Shown here: in pieces, positions 26,091 to 37,984 of the stretch
Layout of the letters: each line of letters opens with the position of its first letter
Position numbering within the stretch: position 1 is the first letter of the stretch
NCBI GenBank assembly: GCA_036785375.1
Contig: JAWMAR010000056.1
Span: forward strand, 3,658,001 to 3,722,000
DNA length: 64,000 bases
Source: Leucoraja ocellata
Lineage: Eukaryota
Reading direction: 5' to 3'
The notes under the pieces: model-generated
Told to the model about the DNA's origin: nothing
Database searches by the model: none
What the model saw: the letters and a program-made list of their open reading frames with translations, nothing else
Program-made: the position numbers and the translations under genes

Positions 26091-29000
26091 AAATAATAAT
26101 AATACTAAATTTTATTTCAGACTCAAGGTCCAGGCAAGGGACAACATTATATTGCATATTTAAAAAATCATAAAATACATATAAAATCTTAGTATATCAC
26201 ATAAAAGCATCATGAATTATATATTTAAAAAAAACCCCACAATACATGAATTAAAATCCAGAATAAAAAAGAATGATCAATGTCCTACAACGAGGCCGCG
26301 AAACCAGTGTCCCCACAACGGATTTGTGGCGTGTAGTGCTAAACCTTATGTTTGACAAGGCCACAATAATCACATTTTTAGAGTAATTTATCCTGTATAT
26401 GAATTTATACATATGATTTCTTAGGATAGCTTCTAAAGTACTGACTCCTGCTGCCACAAACATGTTACTAGCACTACAACATCTAGGTTTCCTTAGCAGT
26501 GTTCTCATGGCATCCTCATAGGCCACTTTTAGTCTCTGCAAACTTGTCTTTCCGTAGTTCGACCACAGGTGCGCAGTAGAGAATGGTGTGCAATATGCTC
26601 TAAACAGCGACATCTTCGCCACATCTGTACACGCACCAAACGTAAGCAAGAGAATATTTGCCTGTACATACATCATACATCGCTGCCTATAAATATCCTC
26701 AGCATCTATCATTTGTTCTGTAATAAAATGCCCAAGATATTTTAGACATTTATCCTCTTTGGTTCTACAGGTCATAACAGCACTCTTACAAGCATTATAT
26801 TTAATATCGTGTTCCACACCATGCACAGAACATATAGTAAGGGGCTGCTGGAGACCACAAGATCATCTGCATACATAATATGGTTCACACCAATCGTGCA
26901 CCCAGTGTTACAGGCTTTCAATTGTTTGGACAGATCATCAATATAAAGATTAAAAAGGACTGGGGACAAAATCTCCCCTTGTCTAACACCATTGCTAACC
27001 CCAAATAGGGCTGAGACCCTTTTGCCCCATTTTATTTGCATAGTTTGGTGGGCGTACCAGTAAGCCAGAATTCTCACAATGTATTTAGGCACCCCTTTTT
27101 TGCCTCATTTTAACAAACGGAGTTCTGTGATTAACACAAGCAAAGGCTTTGGAAGCATCAATAACGCACATAAGAATTGAAGAGTTTTTGCCTCTATATT
27201 TGTTTAAAATCTTTAGGGCATATATGCACGTCAGTACCATGTTTAGCTTTAAAACCAAACTGGTTATCTGTGGAGTTAACAAACTCATTTACTCTATCCA
27301 GCAGAACTATTTCTTTCTAAGAGTTTTGACGATATGCTGGCTAAAGCTATGGGCCTGTACTTATTTAGGCTGCCTACTTTACCAGCTTTGTCCTTAATAA
27401 CTGGCACTAACAGAACAGACAGCATTGAGTCTGGTATCAAGCCATGAATCATAAAGCTAGTAAAATAAATAGTAAGGAGAGGAGCTATCCTCATACTCGC
27501 ACACTTAAGATGTTCAACAGAAATATGATCCAAGCCACTGCTTTGTTGTTGGACAGCTTGTTCATGGCATAACACGCCTCGTGTGACATAATCACCATAG
27601 AGTCATTACTCTCAATATTGTCCACCCTATACCATATAACCATATAACCATATAACAATTACAGCACGGAAACAGGCCATCTCGGCCCTACAAGTCCATG
27701 CCGAACAAATTTTTTTCCCCTTAGTCCCACCTGCCTGCACTCGTACCATAACCCTCCATTCCCTTCTCATCCATATGCCTATCCAATTTATTTTTAAATG
27801 ATACCAATGAACCTGCCTCCACCACTTCCACTGGGAGCTCATTCCACACCGCCACCACTCTCTGCGTAAAGAAGTTCCCCCTCATATTACCCCTAAACTT
27901 CTGTCCCTTAATTCTGAAGTCATGTCCTCTTGTTTGAATCTTCCCTATTCTCAAAGGGAAAAGCTTGTCCACATCAACTCTGTCTATCCCTCTCATCATT
28001 TTAAAGACCTCTATCAGGTCCCCCCTTAACCTTCTGCGCTCCAGAGAATAAAGACCTAACTTATTCAACCTATCTCTGTAACTTAGTTGTTGAAACCCAG
28101 GCAACATTCTAGTAAATCTCCTCTGTACTCTCTCTATTTTGTTGACATCCTTCCTATAATTTGGCGACCAAAATTGTACCCCATACTCCAGATTTGGTCT
28201 CACCAATGCCTTGTACAATTTTAACATTACATCCCAGCTTCTATACTCAATGCTCTGATTTATAAAGGCTAGCATACCAAAAGCTTTCTTTACCACCCTA
28301 TCTATATGAGATTCCACCTTCAAGGAACTATGCACGGTTATACCCAGATCCCTCTGTTCAACTGTATTCTTCAATTCCCTACCATTTACCATGTACGTCC
28401 TATTTTGATTTGTCCTGCCAAGGTGTAGCACCTCACATTTATCAGCATTAAACTCCATCTGCCATCTTTCAGCCCATTTTTTCAAATGGCCTAAATCACT
28501 CTGTAGACTTTGGAAATCCTCTTCATTATCCACAACACCCCCTATCTTGGTATCATCTGCATACTTACTAATCCAATTTACCACACCTTCATCCAGATCA
28601 TTGATGTACATGACAAACAACAAAGGACCCAACACAGATCCCTGAGGCACCCCACTAGTCACCTGCCTCCAACCCGATAAACAGCCATCCACCATTACCC
28701 TCTGGCTTCTCCCATTCAGCCACTGTTGAATCCATCTTGCTATTCCTGCATTTATACCCAACAGTTGAACCTTCTTAACCAACCTTCCATGAGGAACCTT
28801 GTCAAAGGCCTTACTAAAGTCCATATAGACAACATCCACTGCTTTACCCTCGTCAATTTCCCTAGTAACCTCTTCAAAAAATTCAAGAAGATTAGTCAAA
28901 CATGACCTTCCAGGCACAAATCCATGTTGACTGTTCCTAATCAGACCCGGTTTATCTAGATGCTTATATATATTGTCTCTAAGTATCTTTTCCATTAATT

Positions 29001-31938
29001 TGCCCACCACTGAAGTCAAACTAACAGGTCTATAATTGCTAGGTTTACTCTTAGAACCCTTTTTAAACAATGGAACAACATGCGCAGTACCCCAATCCTC
29101 GGGGACTATTCCCGTTATACAAATCACCTTGGACACTGTTGAATAAAGTACTATAATGTTGTTACCAAAACTTAGCTGTACCGGAGATTCCATCCACCGT
29201 GCAAGGTAGAGATGTTTTGCAACTGTTAAGAGCTCTCACTTCTTTCCAAATATCAGTAGCATTGTTACTTAGCAGCTTCTTAGCCATGGAATCAGCCCTC
29301 ATAGTTTGCTCATTTTTACAGATGAAGCGAACAACATATTTCTATCTTGCATTAGTGAGCTTCTTGTACCCTGTCTGGGTCTACCTGCCATAGCCCATGA
29401 TTTAGTGGCTTCATGGGCTTCAGCAGATACTCGGCTTCATACTTATTCCAGCCAAGCCTGATGTTATGTGTCTTATGTTTAGGCCTACTGACTACATACA
29501 AAAGGCTTACTATATCATTAAACATGGAGCAGATATCTCTCTTTTGCTTCATATCCTTACAATTAACATTACTACACATAATTACATCTTTAGGTAGATG
29601 AATATTGCTTAAGCATTTATCTGTACGGGCATAATAGGCTAAGATGTTTTCCTTTGTGAGGGTTGACCAGTCCAGTTTTTCTATGTTAAAGCTATTTCTA
29701 TCTCTGGATACCACAGGTAGGTGTTCAACATTTATTGTCATAGCAACATGTATATGATCAGTCATTGCTGCCCCATACAAAATGCTCATACACCCCAATG
29801 AGGCATGTGCATCAGCTGTATTAATATAGTGGTCTAGCCACGACATAATGTGCCAGGCCTCACTAATATAACTATCTGTAGGTAAAAGCACTTTGCTTGA
29901 AAATATTAAATTATTATCTTGACAGAACTGAGCCATATGATTGGCAAATAATGAGTTCCTATCTGTTTTGAATAAAGGAATAGATGAAAGCAAGCCTATT
30001 TAAATATTCATCCTCCGATGACATTCATAGGGTGTATACACATTCAGGATAACAAATTTCTTCTTGTGAGCAAAGGGTATTGCAATACACACCTCAGCAT
30101 TAAGCCGAACCACATTTATTGATTAGTCAAGCTTCTTGATCCATAGAATAGCCACGCCCCCTGGTATCCTACCTCTGACTATTCCCATGCCAAGGTCAGT
30201 TGTAGACTCCCCAGCCCCATGAAAGTTGTCAATGAGAGAATTGAGTTTGTCCAAGTCTTGCTTCGCTAAGAATGTCTCTTGCATACATAGTATGTCACAG
30301 TTCTCCAGAAGGTTGTCAACAACTGAGCAGCGAGCTTTATCCTCTGTGCTCTGGCTCAAGCGCAGGCCATGACAGTTGTACGATAGAACCCAAATGTTCA
30401 TTTAGGGAGACTAGTGAGTGCTGCTAGCACCAGCAGGCACAGTCATTCCCCCTGCAGCAGGCGCAGTGCTTGATCCGATGACTCCAACCTTGAGCGGCTC
30501 GTAATAGTGACGGACAAATGCCCCTTCTGGCCAGAGCTCCAGGTTGTACATTTCGCCAACCTCATTACATTCCGCAGATACTTTGAATAAACAGTATCTA
30601 CTGTGTACAGTGTCAATCTTTTGACAGGTAACCTCATGGCCAAGTTTTTCTTTAAGATACACAGATAAAGTTTTGACGTCTAGATCCGGTGAAAGCATGG
30701 AGGCAAAAACACTCACCAGCTTAGTCTTGATCATTTTGATGTTACCCGCAGCTCCGCTACCAAAAATAGGCACAGCGTTACTGGATTTCTTTCTGTGCAC
30801 TATTACCACTGGGCAGAATCTTGGCTTACCAACAGTGTTCTCTGGAGCACGATGTCGACCCTTTTTCACAACATGACTCCACTTTGGAGAGTCTGGCAAA
30901 TACGTTAATCCACTGGGTCTATTCATTGCCGTTGCCCTCTCCACGTTTAAGGCAAGGCCCTCCACCGCAGCCCTCACTCTGACAACCAAGCCAGAGGCTT
31001 CTGTCGGTGAGACTCCCAGTGCTGTATCTGCCATGCCAATGGCTCCATCCATCGCCACCAACGCATCCAGACCACAGCCCCGAATCAAGTAAGTGGTGCG
31101 CTCCAACGCACACACTGGAGTAGTGATCAAGGTGTGCTCCAATGCACCCACTCGGCGATCAATTTCCACTGTAATGGCACGAAAATCTTCGCATACATCA
31201 GCCTGTAGCTGCATGACGTGCTTCATAGAACAGACCTCGGCGTACAGCTGCTCCATTCTCCCAAGTAGGCTCGAGACATCTATGTTAGTAGATGTCATCG
31301 GCGGCAGTTCATCCAAGTAATTAGAGACAAATCTGGGAGTATTCTCCCCACATTCATTCATTACTTTAAGGCAACTCTTTATGTTGTTGAAGTCTTTCTG
31401 TACCCCTTTATGGGAAATGTTCCGCTGTGTAGTGGGGCAGAATTCAAACAGAACTTCGAGGACTCTATCCACTCAGAATCAAAAATGTTTGCCGCCAAAA
31501 GGACAATCTGGCTTAGTCTTAATTTTTACAGCAAGAAATTTAAGTAGCTCGTCCTCAACAATAACCTTACCGTCAACAGTCTTGTAGATCTCAGGCTTTA
31601 CTCTAGACCGGCCAAGACCAGGAGCAATGCCGGCTGCCTGTGGCCGATACACCGGCTCCCCCGCTGCCTCTGACCTGGCCCCAAGCTCCACTGCCTGCTG
31701 CCCGGCTCCACGCTCCGCCGCCTGCTGCCTGCTGCCCGGCTCCAAGCTTCGGGTCTCCACTGCTCCACACTCCGGGTCTCCGCTGCCCCAAGCTCCAGGC
31801 TCCGCTGCCCGGCTCCAAGCACCACAGGCCCCTGGCCCGGGTCAGGCCCATCTCGGACCCCGGCTCCGGCTGCACGCCGTGCGCCAAACTCAGCACCCCC
31901 TCCGCCAGGCCTGGGCTGCGACTCTCTCCTGGCACCGC
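26091..31938 (-). mobile_element. Near full-length, decayed RTE-X-like non-LTR retrotransposon (ORF1 + APE endonuclease/RT ORF2)
   Basis: ORF1 about 31760-30411 with a frameshift (DELLKFL..; PRFVSNYLDELPP..IDVSSLL). ORF2 from ATG 30401: SYNCHG..DILCMQETF..GRIPGGVAILW, LDHY, then DASKAF..NH, VSNGVRQGEILSP.LFN.YIDDL, HIMYADDL. AATAAA + (TAT)n tail. GCATT flanks at 26086-26090 and 31939-31943. Confidence 0.82.
27633..29115 (-). mobile_element. Young 5'-truncated CR1 LINE with an uninterrupted RT reading frame
   Basis: About 465 aa without stops (VPEDW..NYRPVSLTSVVGK..DFSKAFDKVPH..GVPQGSVLGP..YADD..). (GTTATATG)n tail. TATAC at 27628-27632 and 29116-29120. Confidence 0.95.
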
Positions 31939-33179
31939 GCATTTCAACCAATCAACAATGAACAGGGTCACTGTCCCGCAACATTATTTACAATATGTAC
32001 ATTTAGTGTGCATTTATCCAATTAACCTCATGCATTTTACATTTCCTTGGATGTCCTCTACAGAAATCCCATCCATCTGTCAACCGAATATGCAACACTA
32101 ATCTGGGCCCTAGACCTACTGGCACCAGAGAAGAAGCTCGTCTTATTTCTGCAGAGCACATCAGACTGGATCAAAATGGCCTAGCAATACATAAGTCCTT
32201 ATTAAATTTTGGGTACCATGGCTGCTCGGTTTCAACCAGGATTAACAAAGGCAGGAGAATGGGGTTGAGAGGTAAAGATAGATTAGACATGATTGAATGG
32301 CAAAGTAAGCTCGATGGGTTAAATGGCTGAAGTATGCTCCTATGACTTATGAACATGATGTATTTAACTCTGAATGCATTTGTATCCAACTGAGCCTCCC
32401 AAAATCTGCAAAGAACGTCATAGCAACTACCATCACAGCATGATATTCAATGCTGCCCTTTGTTATGAATAAGGTGAGTATTCATCTTGTGGTTTGTAGA
32501 TCTTGACTCCATTAGCTTGCTAAGCCGATGTAGTCTGTCCCTGTAAAGATGTAGGGTACACAATTTTGCATCATATTTAACTGTAATACAAGTTTGCATG
32601 ATCTCATGCTGGCAAGCTTCATGCCGCACGTTCAACCTGACTAAATCTTTAAACTGTGTACTTGTGGATTAACCTGCCTTATCACAGAACAGTTGGGTGT
32701 GAGTCTTGCTGCCGGAACGCAAAGACCAGGCAGGCGATCAGATTCCTTGATTATGGGGCATTTTTGTTAACCATTGCTGGAAACCAAACACGTTGCATCT
32801 AATCTGATGTTCGTCTTTATTTTCTCAGCCTCGCAAAAGTTATGCATGAAAACTTTCACGGTATCAGGAATTTGAACAATTCCTGGTGTCTGGTCATTGA
32901 ACTGTGCGAGTCGGGAGCTGAGGAATGCGAGCTCAGTATATAATAAATGAACAAGAATGTGGGATTAGACTGGTCTTTGAGTGGTGAAATGCTTGGTTGG
33001 TCAGGTGGCTCGCTTCTGTTCTAGACATTCAATACTTTTGCATGTAACTATAAATGTACAGATTAACCGATGGAGAATAATTTAAATTAAACCATAGCAG
33101 AATTAAGAATTGTAATGGATAAATCTGTACAGGGCATATTTTAACTCGTTTGTGGGGGATAAAACTGATTTAGCTGAAT

Positions 33180-33382
33180 GAGAAACAAAATGCTGGAGTA
33201 ACTCAGCCGGTCAGGCAGCATCTTTGAAGAGAAGGAATGGGTGATGTTTCGGATCTGAACCCTTCTTCATGCCCGAAATATCACCTGTTCCTTTTTTCTA
33301 GAAATGCTGCCTGACCTGAGATACTCCAGCATTTTGTCTATCTTCTGTGTAAACCAGCATCTGTAGTTCCTTCCTACACATT
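33180..33382. repeat. Penelope-derived inverted-repeat element
   Basis: Arms acaaaatgctggagtaactcag.. / ..tactccagcattttgt around a decayed hammerhead core. Confidence 0.7.
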
Positions 33383-33436
33383 CCCTGGATAAGATTGGAT
33401 GGAATTTTCTGATTTTCACAGTATCGGATAGCTGAA

Positions 33437-33760
33437 ATAATAATAATAATAATAATAATATATTTTATTGTCATTGCACATCAGTGCAACGAGATTTAGT
33501 ATGCAGCTTCCAACCGATGTCAAAAAAAATATATAAAAATAAACTGCGACGTGACCATCTGAGGGAGACAGTCCAGGTGAGATGGGGGGCACTCAGCAGG
33601 GCCGGTTCAGAGCCGCTATAGCTCTGGGAATTAAGCTGTTTCTGAGTCTGGAGGTTCGGGCGTAGAAGGCCTTGTAACATCTGCCGGAGGGAAGTAGTTC
33701 GAACAGTCTATTACAAAGGTGTGAGGAGTCTTTATGGATGCTGACGGCCTTCCTGATATT
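33437..33760 (-). mobile_element. Rex1/Babar LINE 3' end with (TAT)n tail
   Basis: KAVSIHKDSSH..LFELLPSGRCYKAFYARTSRLRNSLIPRAI, then aataaa + (tat)n. Confidence 0.75.
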
Positions 33761-34692
33761 GGGCCAATCCTGACCAAACACAGCAGGATCAGAGACTTTG
33801 ACAGACCTGTTTTCTCCAATCATTGGTCGTTTTGTTTTGAGCTCAATTTTCTGAATGTTCTGGTGTAAAATAGGCAAATTATTGCTTTGCTTTCTATTCG
33901 CACAGATAGAAATAGCTATTCAGGAAACAAGATTTTTAAATCTTGCATACAATGCTTTAACTTTCACATTTTATCGTGTCATATTTGATGGCCGAAGTGA
34001 TTAATGTTTTTCTTATATGTTTGGGTCCTTCTCATCAAATTAGACCACCAGCAAAAACACCAACCCCTACTCCCCAAGTTATACGTTGGTTTTCATTCTT
34101 TCATTATTTTTTTAATCTAATTCCCTGAATTAAGTTCTAACTAGTTGCCAGTTCCTCATAGTTTAAGTTCATACTGAATCTTCCCCTTTCTGAATCCATA
34201 TTAATTGCTGTTTACAGGTTATCTCATTTCACTTGTGATTATTCTTATTTTCAGTTGACCTAATGAGCCTGCACTTGCCTGCAGCTTTCTCATTTCTTTG
34301 AAGAAAGGCAGTTGTTAGTCTGTTTCTAATCTACTGTTATCTTGCCAGCTTCATAGTATCGCTGACAAAATAAATTTCATCTCCCTTCTGCCTAAACTTC
34401 GTGTCTCAACTTGCTTTGTTCCTTTAACAGGAAAATATTGCATCTTTTCCCTGTCACTTTTTTTTAAACCCAGTTTTGCTACATGCAAACATTGCTTGGC
34501 AAACAGACGTGGCTTTCAGAACAGATGCTTAGCAGGTTTCGCTGCAGAAAGAGCAAAGGGGATCATTCTGGTGCCATCCAGTAACCAAAGATTTAAAACG
34601 TGAAATTCGAAGTGGTTTTCCATTGACATCATCATCTCTACCTACATGTATGTTCTTGTACTAATCTTTTTATTAAAACTGCTACTCCCCAG

Positions 34693-35022
34693 CAGGTGTA
34701 TAAGATCATGAGGGAAATAGATAGGGTGAATGGGCAATCTTTTACCCAGGGTAGGTGAATCAAGAACCAGGGGACATGGGTTTAAGGAGCGAGCGGTGAA
34801 AGATTTAATAGGAACCTGAGGGGCAACATTTTCACATCATGATGGATATATTGAATGAGTTGCCTGATGTGGTAGTTGAGGCAGGTACTATAATAAGTTC
34901 AGAGACGGGCACTTGGAAGGGAAAGGTGTAGAGGGGTATGGGCCAAACTCAGGCAGGTGGGAATAGCACAGATGGGGCATCTTGCTTGGCATGGACAATT
35001 GGGCCGAAGGGCCTGCTTCCAG
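34693..35022 (+). mobile_element. CR1 3' fragment
   Basis: gtataagatcatgaggg..agaaccaggggacat..gggccgaagggcctg. Confidence 0.8.
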
Positions 35023-35334
35023 CCTTGGTGACCCCTTTACTTCTGTCAAAATCCCCTTTCTAGACCTCTGTGGTTCTTTCCTCACTGCCCTTTGTCTTGG
35101 ATGCTTCTATGTAATTTAGCTTTTGCCTGTTTTGTTTTTAAATCTCATTCCAGCACCAATCTTTTCAATTTTTCATCTCAAGTTAACCTATAGACAACTG
35201 AAGTTAAAGGAGTCTTGTGAAAAAAATATAGTGGGTAGAAATTAGGAGACCAAAAAGAGGCCATGATATATATATTGATGGCAATAGTTTAATGAGAATT
35301 TATCTAAGAGTGGCCAAGAAAGGACCGGTTCCTT

Positions 35335-36012
35335 TGGGGGTCTAAAAGGGTAGAGAGATCTGGATAGAGTGGATGTGGAGACGATGTTTCTACTAGTGGC
35401 CGAGTCTAGGACCAGAGGCCATAACCTGAGAATAAAAGGACGTGCCATTAGAAAGGAGATCACTTTAGTCAGAGGATGGTGAATCTGTGGAATTCATTGC
35501 CACAGATGACTGTGGAAGCCAAGTCAATGACAGCACGGTGGCGCAGTGGTAGAGCTGCTGTCTTGCAGTGCTGGAGACCCAGGTTCGATCCCGACTACGG
35601 TTGCTGCCTTTACGGGGTTTGTACGTTCTTCCTGTGACCATGTGAATTTTCTCTGAGATCTTCGGTTTCCTCCCACACTCCAAAGACATACAGGTTTTTA
35701 GGTTAATTGGCTTGGTATAAGTATAAATTGTCCCTGGTGTGTGTAAGATAGTGTTAATGTGCCGGGATCGCAGGTCGGTGCAAATTCAGTGGGCAGAAGG
35801 GCCTGGTTTCTCACTGTGTCTCTAAACTAAACTAAACAACGCATTTTTTTGAGGCGAAGATTGACAGATTCTTGATTAATAAGGGTGTCTGGGGTTATGG
35901 GGTGAAAGCAGGAGAATAGGGTAGAGAGGGAAAGATGGATCAGCCAAGATTGAATGGTGGAGTAGACTTGATGGACCGGATGGCCTTATTCTGCTCCTAG
36001 AATTTATGAACT
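35335..36012 (+). mobile_element. CR1 3' fragment with a nested V-SINE (35531-35837)
   Basis: CR1 sequence ..gaagccaagtcaat | SINE | ..ttgacagattcttgatt. The SINE has A/B boxes and a (ctaaa)n tail. Confidence 0.85.
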
Positions 36013-36182
36013 AACCTATGTGTGGAGACAGGCAATGTGGGAAATCCTAAGTGAACACTGCTAATCTGCATTAGCCATGGTGTAGGACTTGGAAGATGGT
36101 GAGGTCAAGGGGAGGTATGCAGCTGAGGGTGATCTGATTGAGGTACATAGAAATTAGAACGTGTGGATTGTAGAATCATTCT

Positions 36183-36221
<39 letters not shown>

Positions 36222-36610
36222 ATGGTCGAAGTATGAATGGATCTAAGATGAGTGGAGTGAATTTTAAAGGGGATTTGTGGAAGAGTTTTTATTTTTAGTG
36301 GTTGATATCTGGAACTTGCTAACTTGCTGCCAAAGGAAGTGGCGCAGTCAGATACAATCATTGTTTAAGAAACATTTAGACAGGCACTTGCATAGGCAAA
36401 ACATATAACGATATGGATCAAATGCAGGCAAGTAAATCTGTTGTAAATGGGCAAAATAATCTGCCTGATCACGACGGGCTCGTGTTGTCGAACTGTAATA
36501 TAGCATTAGTATTGTTATTATCACTGCTCTATTGTCATCTAACTTTTTTTTAAACTTTTTTTCAAATTGGTATTGAATCTTCATTGTAATTATGGAATGA
36601 TTATTTTTAG

Positions 36611-36788
36611 GGAACAAATTCTCCGTGTGAAAGCAGAGGAAGATAAAATCCCATTACTTTTAGTGGGTAATAAGTCCGATTTGGAAGATCGGAGGCAAGT
36701 CTCTGTTGAAGAAGCAAGGAGCAAAGCAGATGAGTGGGGAGTTCAATATGTTGAGACTTCAGCAAAAACTCGAGCCAATGTAGATAAG
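36611..36788 (+). CDS. RALB: RALB coding exon 3 (178 nt)
   Basis: Acceptor ttatttttag|G, phase matches the previous exon. Encodes [59 protein letters not shown] (NKxD, ETSAK; [10 protein letters not shown] is RalB-type). Donor AAG|gtgag. Confidence 0.98.
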
Positions 36789-36878
36789 GTGAGGACTCTG
36801 TTGAATGATTTAATTGCTTAACTAAGTAGGTAACGTTTTAGCTTGGTGAATAAGGAATCAAGAATAATAAAGGGCTAA

Positions 36879-37341
36879 AGGGCCTGTCCCACCAGCATGC
36901 GACTCCATGCGGCAAGCGCGACCTAACGTGGTCGCTTGAGCCATACGGCCTCACGGGGCCGGTCCCAATTCGATCGCCGGAGCTGTATGGAGTTGTGCGG
37001 AGCTGGTCCCGACATCGCGCGGGGCTCTGAAAAACTGACCGTGTTCAAAAATTCCGTGCGGCAACGGCCTGCCGGCCCGCAGCCGCCTCGACGGGCGTGC
37101 GCAGCGTCTCGACGCAGTACGCAGCTTCTTGACGCGAACTTCCCGCAGACTTCGCTCGAACCTCACGTCACTCACTCGACCTCCGCGCGGCCCCCGCTTA
37201 CGGTTTGGCCGCGCTCGCCGCATGCAGGCGCATGCTGGTGGGACCGGCCCTGTACGGGGATCACTCGACCTCCGCGCGGCCCCTGCTTCCGGTTTGGTCG
37301 AGCTTGCTGCATGCAGGTCACATGCTCGTGGGACAGGCCCT
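36879..37341. mobile_element. PIF/Harbinger-like MITE
   Basis: TIRs agggcctgtcccac / gtgggacaggccct. TAA TSD at 36876-36878 and 37342-37344. GC/CpG-rich. Confidence 0.88.
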
Positions 37342-37864
37342 TAACTCTTTGGTATTTCGTCATAATGCAATCAGAACCTTTTATCTTTTCTAATACAATT
37401 GCTTTGTAACTAGTTTCCAGAATAGATTTATTTTAAACCTCACACCCATGTTACCTGAGCAGGCTTCTCATTAGATCTGCCAATTGTGTAATGTGGATCA
37501 TTTCCCCAAAGGTACTATTGTCAGTAGTCATGGAGTTATATAGCACAGAAACGGGCCCTTCGGCCCACCTTGTCCATGTCGACCTATTGGGTTAAGGAGG
37601 TGGGGGGGGGGGGGGGGGGGGAGGTGGTTGGTGGTCTGACTCCTTCATCCAATTGGCAAGCTTGCCTTGGATTCCATGCTACCTAACCTTCCAGGAAGTC
37701 TACTATGCAGGACATTGTGAAGGATCTTGCTGAAGTCCATGTGGCCAATGTCCCCTTCCCTGCCCTCAACAATCTTCCTTCAAAAGACTTCAAAGAAAAA
37801 CTCTCTTATCAGATTTGTGAAATGCTATTTGCATATATTTTAAATGAAATTATTTCTGCTTTAG

Positions 37865-37984
37865 GTATTTTTTGATCTGATGAGAGAAGTCCGAGCAAAG
37901 AAAATGTCAGAAAACAAAGATAAAAATGGAAAGAAGAGCAGCCGAAACAAAAAGAGCCTCAGAGAACGATGTTGCATTCTGTGA
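37865..37984 (+). CDS. RALB: RALB last coding exon (hypervariable region + CAAX)
   Basis: Acceptor tttctgctttag|. Encodes [39 protein letters not shown] (TGA 37982-37984). Total CDS 114+209+178+120 = 621 nt = 206 aa. Not in the ORF track; translated by hand. Confidence 0.97.
   Translation, partial: VFFDLMREVRAKKMSENKDKNGKKSSRNKKSLRERCCIL

Larger units (their letters stand above)
25674..32247 (-). mobile_element. LTR-like element (about 720 bp: 25674-26090 plus 31944-32247), split by an RTE-X-like insertion
   Basis: Minus strand begins TGTTAATCC at 32247. CCAAT motif at about 25930, TATAAAAG at 25871-25878 and AATAAA at 25696-25701 occur in LTR order. The 3' end looks deleted. Confidence 0.5.

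Noticed and set aside
29116-29193. Apparent N-terminus (MESPVQLSF..) of the 490-aa RT ORF
   Set aside because: Chance in-frame fusion of off-frame RTE-X sequence to the truncated CR1 at the insertion junction; not a real gene start.
31598-32101. GC-rich overlapping ORFs / possible CpG-island promoter of a host gene
   Set aside because: This is the repetitive 5' end of the RTE-X-like element. ORFs are open in many frames because of GC content.
36936-37409. 157-aa ORF and CpG-rich island in the RALB intron
   Set aside because: Lies almost entirely within a TIR/TSD-bounded MITE that recurs at 50512-50875.
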